DNA of 64,000 nt from Macrostomum lignano. Its lineage: Eukaryota. The notes under the pieces are model-generated. The model ran no database searches and had not been told where the DNA came from. It saw only the letters and a program-made list of their open reading frames with translations. How positions within the stretch are numbered: position 1 is the stretch's first letter; each line of letters opens with the position of its first letter. This document shows, piece after piece, positions 53,075 through 64,000 of this stretch. Location: the NCBI GenBank assembly GCA_002269645.1, contig NIVC01003231.1:11407-75406 (forward strand), given 5' to 3'. Made by a program: the position numbers and the translations under genes.

Positions 53075-53373
53075 CATACATGCGCAACCTCCGAAATTCG
53101 GTCGGCCATGCGACTTAGTTTTAACAAAAATGCGACGTAGTTTTTGGCCAAAAATGCGACTTACATGTAAAAAAAACCCTAAAGCAAAATTAACGCAACT
53201 TTAGGTAAACGGCAGGAGTAACTATGACTGTGTTATTAATTCAAAATGCCTCGTCAGCTACTTAGTACTACTATTTGGTTATTTTTTCGGGTGGGCATTT
53301 TTGCGACTTACTTGGTTGGCTGCCAAATTGGTCGGCCGGATCGGCCGACTCGGCCGACTGTTGCACATGTATG
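53075..53373. mobile_element. hAT-like MITE (CATACATG TIR family)
   Basis: TIR CATACATGCGCAAC / GTTGCACATGTATG; TSD CCCCTGTA on both sides. Confidence 0.85.
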
Positions 53374-53574
53374 CCCCTGTAACACATGTTATAAAGAATA
53401 TAAAAAATATAAATACATTTTTTCAATTGTATTTTTCAATTGTTTCACTTGTTTCTTTATTGTTTGAACTGCAAAAAGGTCCTTTATTGTTGCAACTCCA
53501 AAAAGGTAATGTACCATTAGTGTATTATAACAAAAGAGGCATTTTTCTAACATGCCATGCTGCACTAACCAAAC

Positions 53575-54130
53575 ATTGGGCCCTATCCTACAGAATTGTT
53601 TGTTTAACTTACTGTATGTACATTTTTTAGCTATTAACATAAGTCATGAAACTTTCCAAAAATGAATATTTTTATTATACCAGCATTTTAAAAGTGTTTT
53701 GACATTAAAATTCTATTGTGAAAGTTTCAAATTAACTTTTATTGCAAATTTTTTTTCTAAAATTTAACAACTTTTCAACTTTGAATTTGTGCGCTGAGTC
53801 CCTGGCAAAAATGTGTCTATGGCCAAAATTAGTTACAAACCTTGTGGTTTTAAGGAGAGGGATTTGGGGTTAGAAATATTTTGCTACTTAGCTGCAAATA
53901 CTGCAAATAAAGTGCTTTCCATTTAAAAATGGCTAGTAGATAACCTTCTATCCCAACATGATTATCTCAATTAACAATTAACTTTAAATTTAATTTAAAT
54001 GGAATTTTAATGCCAAAACATTTCTAAATTATTGGCATAATGAAAATATTCATTTTTGGAAAGTTTCATGTCAATAGCTATAAAATTTGTGCATATAGTA
54101 AGTTTACCCAATGATTCTGCAAGATAGCCA
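53575..54130. mobile_element. Foldback MITE with long (about 100-bp) imperfect TIRs
   Basis: CATGAAACTTTCCAAAAATGAATATTTT (about 53645) mirrored by AAAATATTCATTTTTGGAAAGTTTCATG (about 54043); flanking segments also pair. Confidence 0.6.
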
Positions 54131-54317
54131 AACTTAAATCTACGTGTTGCATTTTCCTTTATATTTTAGCCTGGTAAATGCATAGATTGAAGTTGTTGCA
54201 ATGCAACTAAGAATTTGTTGTTCTTTGATTCTTAAAAATATTGTTAGAAAAAAATGTTAGCTATTAATTTTGCTTAATAGCTTTATATTTATAATTATAA
54301 GATAGGACAGTTATAGG

Positions 54318-54591
54318 CATACATGCGCAACCCCCCTGATTTACACTGGCCATGCAACTTACTTTTTTACTAAAAATGCAACTTACCTGTGAAAGAAACC
54401 CTAAAGCAAAATTAATGCAGTTTTGAGTAAATGACAGGAGTAACTATGACTGTCTTCTCAGGCCTAAATGCCTTGGCATCTAATTGATACTATGTCTATT
54501 CTTTGGGGTGGCATTTTTGTGACTTACCCCTGGTCCACCACAATTTACGGTGGCCAGATCAGCCAGGTCGGCCAGCAGTTGCGCATGTATG
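54318..54591. mobile_element. hAT-like MITE (CATACATG TIR family)
   Basis: TSD GTTATAGG at 54310-54317 and 54592-54599. Confidence 0.85.
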
Positions 54592-55845
54592 GTTATAGGG
54601 CTTATACATATTAGGTTTTTATTATCTAATAAACAGCTATACAAGTTAAACTTTGAAGGTAAAATTTAATTATCAAAAACTTGCGCTATGATTGAGATAT
54701 CCTAGATTAGAACAAGAGCACTATACATATGAAAAGCATTATACATATAAAGAGCACTGTATTTACATCATCTACTATATTTTGCCTGCCATCTTTTTAT
54801 TTACTAATATTTATAGAAAGTATTTTGTCTGCCAATTTGGTCATTTTATCTACAATAAAATTTTCAGGCCTAGCTTACAATGCTACTTGTAGATAGATAT
54901 ATATTAAGTTGTAGCACTTAAAACTCTAAATATTAAGTTTTTGTCTTAGTAATGGAGCCCTTGCAATAGTTTTTATATAGGCCTACTTATTTTTTAGATG
55001 TACCATGATAAAATTTGCATAATATACATGTAACATATAGGGCTATTATAGTAAACTAGCTTAAAGTAATAAAGATTCAAAGTATTACTAAATATAATTT
55101 TAATCCAATGCAATTTTGATTTAAGTATAAAATTGTTATAAAGATATAAAATATGTCAATATACAACTGCTATTCAAACAAGTAAAATAGATATGTTTGT
55201 TTTAATTCATCTTTTCCTATAGACTGTGGAACTGGGCTTGTATCCTATTCATCTGCTAGAAAAAGTTGTTTTGTCTGCAACTGCTAGCAGACACTAAGGT
55301 ATCAAACAAAATCACTACAAACCTATAGGCTTTATTTTTATTACATCTATGCTGTTGTTTTTTCTATGAAACTCTGCATTCATATATTTTTTTACATTTT
55401 TCTGTATTTTTACCTAATAGTCTATTAAGTGAGTGATTTGACAATTTTTTTGCTATTATTATCTAAAATCCTACATTGTTATGGCTTAGCTAGCTTTGAA
55501 ATAGTAAGTAGGCTTAGAAGAAAATCATACAAAGGACAAGAAGCATTCTGATTACTATATGCTCAAGCTTCAAAAGGGAAGCCTAATAAGTCAGTGAGTC
55601 AATGACATAAAATTTTTGTAGCCTAACTAATACTCCTTGTCACAAATAGCTCTTAAAAGTTGGTTTCAATCAAGTTGGAAATTGTTGTCACCATTTTGGT
55701 CATCATATATGCTCAAATTTATTATGCAAGAGATGCAAAAGGCAACCTAGTCCCTTATCAAAATTCATTCTTTTTCTTTATTTATTTTTTATAGATTTGT
55801 AAATAAAAAAAAGATCAATAAAATTTGCAATATACACATATGGCT

Positions 55846-56133
55846 TGTACATGTGCAACAGTTGGCTGAGTTGGCTGATCCGGCCAACTCATTTGGTGGC
55901 CAACCAAGGTAAGTCACAAAAATGCCCGCCCAAATAAATACCCAAGTAGATAATGAGGCATTTTGCCTTAATAAGACAGTCATAGTTATTCCTGCTGTTT
56001 ACCCAAAGTTGCATTAATTTTGCTTTAGGGTTTCTTTTATATGTAAGTCACATTTTTGGCCAAAAACTATGTCACATTTATTGTCTAAACTAAGTCACAT
56101 GGCCAACTAAATTTTGGAGGTTGCGCATGTATG
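55846..56133. mobile_element. hAT-like MITE (CATACATG TIR family), left TIR degenerate
   Basis: Internal sequence matches 46084; no TSD found. Confidence 0.7.
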
Positions 56134-56488
56134 AATAAACATTAGATTAACAGTTAATGGGCTATTCAAAGTGCATAATAGCACCTATGGCAATAAAAAG
56201 AAAAAGAGAAGAAAGCATATATATATATGTACAATGCTCTAAGAAAAGTAACACCATGTCTGGCAAGTAGCTTATTTAGAATTATTAGAAGGAAGGAAAT
56301 CGCAAGCATTTTTCATTCAAACAACATATTTTGCCAACTTTAGGCATCTTCAGATTGATGGAAATTTACTTAGCATTATACAAAAGTGTACAGTATGAAT
56401 ACATTATACATAGTAGCATAATATCAAAGAGAGACAATTCCATAATAAATGAATAAGGGGGATAGAGAGAATCCTACTAACTCCTTAC

Positions 56489-56755
56489 CATACATGTCCA
56501 ACACCCATCTGAACTAAACAGGTGAAATGGCTACCAGCCAAGGTAAGTTACAAAATTGAAAATGAAAAAAATTGAAAAATTGGGGGAAGAAAAAATAGAG
56601 GAAGGGAAAAGAAAAGAAAGGAGGGAGAAAAGAGAAAAAGGCAAGAAAAGTCATACAAAGTGAAAATTAAGTTGCAATCGAGAGGAACTAAGTTGCAAAT
56701 CTGGACAAAACTAAGTCACACCAGACAGGTGAAATTTTAAGGCTGGGCATGTATG
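56489..56755. mobile_element. Diverged hAT-like MITE (CATACATG TIR family)
   Basis: TSD CTCCTTAC / CTCCCTAC (1 mismatch). Confidence 0.65.
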
Positions 56756-57304
56756 CTCCCTACTGAAAAAACTCCTACTGGCTAGGTAAAATTCAGGATG
56801 CTCTGTCATATAGTCTCTTGGAACTTTAACTTGGTTTGCAAATATTATGCTTTATAAGTATCATGGTTTCAGACATAGTAGTATTGATCAATAAATAAGT
56901 ATATGAATTTTCAAGATTTATATTTTGAAATATTTAAATCTAAATGTATAAGTTGAACTATAGGTCTATTAGTTACTAAACATATATTATGTTCTAATCT
57001 ATGATAATTTATAATAATACAAAATCTGCTTGGGAAGCTTGAAAAATATATTTGTAATTCTGTCAAGACAGATTTGTGATTTTATTGTTTTGACATATTA
57101 AGGCTAGTTAGGGATTTTTACACTTGAGTCTTGTGTGCACTTTTATATCGTTCTGCATGTTGCATTGCATGCATTGAAATTTTGGCCAACCAAAATGCAA
57201 TGCAATTTTTCAGATCTGTGCTCTTCAAACTAATTAAAAAGCTTCTCAAACTGATTAAAAAACTTAAAGCAGAGGCAAAAGCTCAAAGCTCAAGCAAAGC
57301 AGCA

Positions 57305-57511
57305 ATGTCAAGCCACCGCGAGGAGCAGGTTGCTCGCCTAAAGCACGAACTGGAAGACTTGAGCAGGCAGTGCTACTTTCAGCGACTCAAGACTTCCACC
57401 ACCATCTCAGAGATTATCCAATACATCAACAGCCACGTCCAGGAGGATCCGCTGCTCAACCCCGTCAAGGATAATCCGTTTAATCCCAAGAAGTCTTGCG
57501 AGCTTTTGTAA
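57305..57511 (+). CDS. gng: Heterotrimeric G-protein gamma subunit, 68 aa
   Basis: MSSHREEQVARLKHELEDL..RLKTSTTISEIIQYI..EDPLL..DNPFNPKKSCELL: GGL domain with DPLL and NPF motifs and a CaaX box (CELL). Upstream acceptor TTTTTCAG at 57213. Confidence 0.92.
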   Translation: MSSHREEQVARLKHELEDLSRQCYFQRLKTSTTISEIIQYINSHVQEDPLLNPVKDNPFNPKKSCELL

Positions 57512-57972
57512 TTCGGCCTGGTAACTCTTGACATGCTGCAGTTCTTATCACTCACTAATCCACATACCCAAGGGTCGGCTAGTAACATCTTATACTTTTT
57601 ATAGATACAGACTTTAACCTGAGGTACTTAAACATTTTTACTATGCACAACTAATTATATTCTACCATGCTGTGAGTTGCACTAATTCATTCAATAACTG
57701 ATTCCACTTGCTTACATATATATTTGCTACCCTTTGCTGATTATTATTTTGTTCAAATTTTCAACCCTTCTTCCATGTATGTCTCACATTTTTACTTCAG
57801 TACAGGAATTTTCAGCTGCAGTGTCCACGCTTTTGCGTCTTGAGTGGGTTGAAATGTGTGTCCCAATATGAAGCAATTGTCACTGATTTTTATATAGGCT
57901 CAAATTAAATAAACAGTTTTTTAAAGAATTCCACTTTTAACAATTGTTTTCGGTTTTAATTTATTCTGCTAG

Positions 57973-59114
57973 ATGTTAGTAAGTACCTTAATTAAAGCAA
58001 TAGATTCCTTGACTCTTGATCATTACACATTCGATCCTTGGACACATCACCCACAGTATCACCCGATCCTTGGACACATCACCCACAATATCACCCGATC
58101 CTTGGACACATCACCCACAATATCACCCGATCCTTGGACACATCACCCACAATATCACCCGATCCTTGGACACATCACCCACAATATCACCCGATCCTTG
58201 GACACATCACCCACAATATCACCCGATCCTTGGACACATCACCCACAATATCACTCGATCCTTGGACACATCACCCACAATATCACCCGATCCTTGGACA
58301 CATCACCCACAATATCACTCGATCCTTGGACACATCACCCACAATATCACCCGATCCTTGGACACATCACCCACAATATCACCCGATCCTTGGACACATC
58401 ACCCACACTATCACCCGATCCTTGGACACATCACCCACACTATCACCCGATCCTTGGACACATCACCCACACTATCACCCGATCCTTGGACACATCACCC
58501 ACACTATCACCCGATCCTAACCGCTCACATATTCTACACTCCCTGGCATATTCCACTACTCCGCTGGTATAATCCTCTGACACGTGACACATTGACCCTA
58601 CACAAGGCCCACTGGGTCTGACTGACTCTGACACACGGTCTGCTGACCATCCTGCAGGACGCGAGCGCTCTCGGCTCGCTAAAGTCGCTGGCCGACCGGC
58701 CGGAGACGCGCCAGTCCGTTGCTAAGGACGCCAGCCTCCTAGGCGGATTAGTACTGTTGCTTAGCAACGAGCATCGCGACATAGCCACCGCGGCGATGGA
58801 CATCCTGCTGACGCTCGGCCGGGACGACTCCTGTCGGCCGCTGCTGCGTGCCTGTCCGGGCGTCGAGTCGCAGGCGCGGGAGCTGCTGGCCAAGGCCAGG
58901 CACTCCAGCGATGCCTACCTGGCCAAGCAGGCCCAGCGGCTCTGCCAATGCCTGCGCCGGCCAAAGACGTCCGTAGCTGCCGCCGGCGGGCCCGGCCTGA
59001 ACTCGCGACTGGCGGTGCTGCAGCTGGACGGGATGGACCCTGATGCGGATGTTGAAGCCTGCAGGTGGGGCTTAGGGATGTCTGTCTGTCTGTCAGTCCA
59101 TATATCTATCTGTC

Positions 59115-59156
<42 letters not shown>

Positions 59157-59260
59157 CATATATCTATCTGTCTGTCTGTCTGTCTGTCTGTCTGTATGTC
59201 CATATATCTATCTGTCTGTCTGTCTGTCTGTCTGTCCATATATCTATCTGTCTGTCTGTC

Positions 59261-59293
<33 letters not shown>

Positions 59294-59324
59294 GTCTGTC
59301 TGTCCATATATCTATCTGTCTGTC

Positions 59325-59358
<34 letters not shown>

Positions 59359-59398
59359 CATATATCTGTCCATATATCTGTCTGTCTGTCTGTCTGTC

Positions 59399-59432
<34 letters not shown>

Positions 59433-59450
59433 CATATATCTGTCCATATA

Positions 59451-59487
<37 letters not shown>

Positions 59488-60309
59488 GTCTGTCTGTGTT
59501 ACTGTGTCTGTCTATCTATCTGTCTATATATATAGACAGATAGATAGACAGTCTGTTTACGCCTGTCTGTTTGTTCATCTGTTTTTCTTAATATCTATCT
59601 TTTTTTTACTCTAAGCTCCCAACACTCCATCGTACTTATGGTCTTTGATTTCTTATTTTCCTACCTATTCACACAGCATGCTCAACATCAAGCGTTCAAG
59701 TTAGTGTATCTCGTCATTTCAATCGTATCTTTTATTTTCATTAGCGTTTTTCACGTAAATTTTTGAAAAAATGGCCTAGAGTTCTTCCATGCCAAGCGAA
59801 GTTAGTAACGCTACCAATTGTTCGCTCCGACCATTATGCACTTGCCAAGCGTCAAAGCACCTGCTCTGCACTCCAATGTCCCTCCCCGCAGGCGTGCCCT
59901 TGTCTCCATTCGCGGCGTTATCAGCGTCACATTCAGCCTACCCTGCTGTCGAGTTTTTCTTCGCCTTCACCGTAGCCTCGCTCTAGCAACCGTTGCCGAG
60001 GCCCTGACCGTGGCCTGTCCGCATCTGTCTGTCCGCCTTGTAGTCCGCCGGCGCCAGCGACCATTTGGTAACAACGACGACGATTCTGCAGGCGGCATCA
60101 CCGAGACCCTGTGCGAGGTGCCGCAGCCGCAGCAGCAGCGAGCTGCCGGTCCGGCCTACTTGTTGAACGACTCGCAGCTACTCGTCAATTCACCGGATAA
60201 TTCCGCGTCCGAACGCGCGCCGAAACTGCCGAGTCCGGGCGACGCCAGACGACGGGCCAGCTGGTTCGCCAGGGCTGCAGACTTTTTGCACACTTCGCTC
60301 TATTGGTAG
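57973..60309 (+). CDS. ARMC1: Armadillo repeat-containing protein 1 orthologue, about 276 aa (exons 57973-57978, 58658-59064, 59892-60309)
   Basis: ARM-like LKSLADRPETRQSVAKDASLLGGLVLLL, HMA-like VLQLDGMD..ALVSIRGVISVTF, and the ARMC1 C-terminal signature ASWFARAADFLHTSLYW. Phases 0 and 2 join cleanly. The 6-nt first exon is inferred. Confidence 0.9.
58035..58518 (+). repeat. 32-bp minisatellite, about 15 copies (ARMC1 intron 1)
   Basis: Unit GACACATCACCCACAATATCACCCGATCCTTG. Confidence 0.95.
59080..59545 (+). repeat. (TCTG)n compound microsatellite (ARMC1 intron 2)
   Basis: Direct reading. Confidence 0.95.
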
Positions 60310-60484
60310 TAGCGTAGGATCTGTTGCGGAGGCTTTTTGACCGAATTATTCGCTCGTTTTAATCGAGATTTTATTTTTTGCTCACGTAATTTGTTAAAAT
60401 TTTAATAAGACAATGACTTTAACTATCAATTGAGGGATTTGATATGAATAGTTTCATTATCCGCTCCCTAATTAGTCGGTTGTT

Positions 60485-60848
60485 ACAACAACAATTAGTC
60501 GGTCTGGGGTGAGAGGAGCTGTTAATTTCAGCACCCACCACCCCACTCCCTAATTGGTCAGTCTGGGTGAGAGGAGCTGTTAATTTCAGCACCCACCACC
60601 CCACTCCCTAATTGGTCAGTCTGAGTGAGAGGAGCTGTTCATTTCAGCACCCACCACCCCACTCCCTAATTGGTCAGTCTGAGTGAGAGGAGCTGTTCAT
60701 TTCAGCACCCACCACCCCACTCCCTAATTGGTCAGTCTGAGTGAGAGGAGCTGTTCATTTCAGCACCCACCACCCCACTCCCTATTTGGTCAGTCTGAGT
60801 GAGAGGAGCTGTTCATTTCAGCACCCACCACCCCACTCCCTAATTGGT
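60485..60848 (+). repeat. 58-bp minisatellite, about 6 copies
   Basis: Unit CCACTCCCTAATTGGTCAGTCTGAGTGAGAGGAGCTGTTCATTTCAGCACCCACCACC. Confidence 0.93.
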
Positions 60849-61358
60849 TAGGTTTTTAGACTCTAATTTTTAGTATATTGGAAGTTAGGCATTTAAGAAT
60901 TGTATTGTTTTATTGTCTGTTCAAACGGCAATTAACATTGTTTCATTGTTATTTGCATGCATTTGCAATTAATCGCGCAGTTTTTTATGTTGTCCTTGTC
61001 CAAATCTGAGCCACGAATCTTCCTGTTCCCCGATTTTACCACCCAAATTGGTTGAAAAATGTGCATTTTTAAGTACTTATCGCCCTAAAAAATCTACTTT
61101 ACTTTATAATGACAATAATTATGAAACTCGGAAATTTGTGTTAATAAAATTTTGGGGTCTTTGATCATTGCTTGCGGAAGCCCCGTAATATTTGACACTA
61201 CTCTGCTTTTTTCCTTTTCAGCAGCTATTTTTATCTACTAACAGTAGAGAGTCGCGCGTGCATTTGAGTTTCAATTAATGATAAATAAAATTTGACATAA
61301 ACATTTTCATGCTGATAAAGTAAGTTCAAAGCAACTCAAAAGGCTCCAAAATCAAGAA

Positions 61359-64000
61359 ATGCTCGCCGTTGTGGCGACCTGCGTCACAATGCCCTGCTCC
61401 GCGCCCGACTTTCCTCACCAGTTGCGCTTCCTTCCGAGGAACTGCTGCACCGGGTGTTCCTCAATCTGGATCAGGCCAGCTTAGCCAGGTGTCGCCAGGT
61501 GTGCCGCCAGTGGAACAACGTCGCCTCCAGCGTCGCCCTGTGGCGCCGCGTCAGACTGAGCGGCCACCGGCTGGAGACGCCGCTGTGGCCTGCGCTGCTG
61601 GCCTCCGGCCGGCTGGTCAGCCTGGAGCTCGTGGGACTGCAGGTGAGTGGCTGGGTGGGCTCTTCCCCGCACCTGACTGTCTTTCCCTGTGGACTCCGGT
61701 CAGGTATCCACTTTGACTCGTCTGTGGGTTAAGTCTCGCTTCTGGTTACCTCGATGGGTCAGGCTAAATTCATCGTCTTACCCTCACCTGTCCCTACTCT
61801 CCCTTCACCTGTCCCTACTCTCCCTTCACCTGTCCCTACTCTCCCTTCATCTGTCCCTACTCTCCCTTCATCTGTCCCTACTCTCCCTTCACCTGTCCCT
61901 ACTCTCCCTTCATCTGTCCCTACTCTCCCTTCACCTGTCCCTACTCTCCCTTCACCTGTCCCTACTCTCCCTTCATCTGTCCCTACTCTCCCTTCATCTG
62001 TCCCTACTCTCCCTTCACCTGTCCCTACTCTCCCTTCATCTGTCCCTACTCTCCCTTCATCTGTCCCTACTCTCCCTTCATCTGTCCCTACTCTCCCTTC
62101 ACCTGTCCCTACTCTCCCTTCATCTGTCCCTACTCTCCCTTCACCTGTCCCTACTCTCCCTCCATCTGTCCCTACTCTCCCTTCATCTGTCCCTACTCTC
62201 CCTTCACCTGTCCCTACTCTCCCTTCACCTGTCCCTACTCTCCCTTCACCTGTCCCTACTCTCCCTTCACCTGTCCCTACTCTCCCTTCACCTGTCCCTA
62301 CTCTCCCTTCATCTGTCCCTACTCTCCTTTCATCTGTCCCTACTCTCCCTTCATCTGTCCCTACTCTCCCTTTATCTGTCCCTACTCTCCCTTCATCTGT
62401 CCCTACTCTCCCTTCACCTGTTCCTACTCTCCCTTCACCTGTCCCTATTAACTTCAATCAGACGTACCTGTGTTAATTGTGTAAAATGTATTATTTCTAC
62501 ACATATCGGTAGCCTAATAATTGATGACAATATTCAACAATCGGTCAGGGCTGGCACCGCCTAGCTGACAGTCTGAGCCAGGCGCCCTGTCTGATGCGCC
62601 TCCTGGTAAACTTCGACGATCGGTGAGCGATCTGGAATTCGGCGACGATTTCCTGTCTAGACTGGCCGTCTGCGACCAGCTGCGCTGCCTGTGCATTGGC
62701 GGCCGGGTGCTGCTCACAGATACTGGCTTAGCCGATACTGTTCGCCAGTTCCCCTGTCTGGAGACCCTGTTCCTGGGCGCTACCGCCTGTCCCGGATGGG
62801 AGGGCGTCTCCCTGGCCGGTCGCGCCGACGCTATCGACCTGCGCAGGCTGACGGAGCGACCAGCTGAATATCCGGCCGGCCAGCTGACCCGGGTGGTAAG
62901 ATTACTGCGGCTTTTCGATATTTTAACTGCACTACTATGAGTAGATTTTAAGGTCAGTTTTAAGGAAAGGAAAAGTTATAAAATCTGTGCTTTCCAATTT
63001 GCTACTTATAGTAGTTTTGGGGCGAATTATGTGTCTAATAACCGTAAGGATTGATCTTACCTGTGAAAGCACGCACTCGAAATTATAGGAGTTCTATTTA
63101 GGATTTCTATTTATAGGAGTGCGCCTTCTAATTAGAATTTCTGTAACGGCTGACGTAGCCTAGTTGTTAGACTTATAGCGTCGGACCCACGACTGGAAGG
63201 TCGGGGTTCGATTTGCGATCCCATTGGAACAATTTGTGTCCATGAGCAAAACACTTAGCTGGGGTAATTAAGGGTGTGCGTGGCGACCCTTTGACTCAAC
63301 AGCCGTACGCAGCCTTCAGGTGCGCCGCGCAATTGCTGCGGCTGAGCTGTCGGTTGCACATCTGGCCCAATTGAGGCAGGTGTAATCAATTATTGTTATG
63401 ATTATTAGATCTTTTACCCCGCGCGCAGGTACTCAGCGGCCTGCCAAGCGTCACTGCCGAAGGCATCCTTGCCGCGCTTCGCCTGACGGCCGTCGTCGAC
63501 TCGGCCGATTGCGCCGACGCAGACGACTTCAATAACGACTTTGGCGACGATTACAATCATCAATTTGTCGCTGTTGGATTTGACGTCGACATGGAAATGG
63601 CGCCAGGCAGACCGGCGCGCCCGGCGCCACGGCTTGCTTGGCTACCGCTACGCGAGCTTGGAATTCGGGCCAGGCACCCATCAACGGCGCCAGGTCGGGT
63701 CGTGGCCGCCGGCCATAGCCAGAGCGGCGCCCAAGCTGAACCGCCTGGACTTGGACTGGGCCGGGCGCCTAGCAAAGCGGATCTGGCCGCTCTGCCGCGA
63801 GTTCGCCGCCGCCCAGCTCGCCTCTCTGGCCATCAGCTTTCGCGACTTGTTCGAGCCCAGCCTCACCAGCCTGCTGGCTGCCTGTCCCGCCTGCACCGCC
63901 TGTGCGCCCGCCGACCTGCGCGCTTGGGCGACTTGTCAGCTGACTTGTCCGGCCTGGCCATGTGCCGCAGCTCACCGAACTCTGCCTGCACTTTAGCTAC
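61359..64000 (+). CDS. F-box/LRR protein (exons about 61359-61642, 62549-62895, 63429 to window edge) with about 4 apparent frameshifts
   Basis: F-box LP[E]ELLHRVFLNLDQASLARCRQVCRQWNNVASSVALWRRVRL; LRR-like LRCLCIGG..LTDTGLADTVRQFPCLETLFL and APKLNRLDLDW. Frame breaks at about 61435, 62622, 63690 and 63890. Confidence 0.75.
61783..62446 (+). repeat. 21-bp minisatellite, about 31 copies (F-box intron 1)
   Basis: Unit CACCTGTCCCTACTCTCCCTT. Confidence 0.96.
63148..63408 (+). mobile_element. tRNA-derived SINE, second copy with internal deletion
   Basis: Colinear with 4373-4059; B-box GGTTCGATTTG; lacks 49 nt of the CORE-like region. Confidence 0.8.

Noticed and set aside
57131-57304. 58-aa N-terminal extension of G-gamma in the ORF track
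   Set aside because: It starts at TTG, crosses a splice acceptor at 57213, and G-gamma homology begins at ATG 57305.

Overview
Eukaryotic (metazoan) genomic DNA: GC-rich exons, spliceosomal introns packed with tandem repeats, and a flatworm-type actin C-terminus ([10 protein letters not shown]). It looks like a free-living flatworm such as Macrostomum, which is an inference. Protein genes, left to right: (1) a large minus-strand ROS1/Sevenless-like receptor ectodomain gene (FN3 and YWTD-propeller exons, about 1.2-13.1 kb, running off the left edge); (2) a 2-exon gene with TTEY-motif repeats, possibly a ciliary microtubule-inner protein; (3) an intronless nuclear receptor with an atypical CVACKS P-box; (4) an actin with three CArG boxes in its 5'UTR intron; (5) a tight same-strand trio of G-protein gamma, ARMC1 and an F-box/LRR gene that has the spacing of a trans-spliced operon. 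Mobile DNA: a decayed RTE-like LINE, a full-length LOA-like LINE (13-bp TSD, TAATG stop-start overlap, one frameshift), a 10.4-kb head-to-tail array of four non-autonomous Helitrons each carrying a tRNA-like cassette and two internal minisatellites, five copies of an 8-bp-TSD (hAT-like) MITE with one nested insertion, and two copies of a CORE-like tRNA SINE. Nearly all long ORFs in the supplied track over the roughly 20 satellite arrays are repeat artefacts. Several single-base deletions in homopolymers suggest long-read consensus errors. All calls come from reading the sequence; no searches were run.
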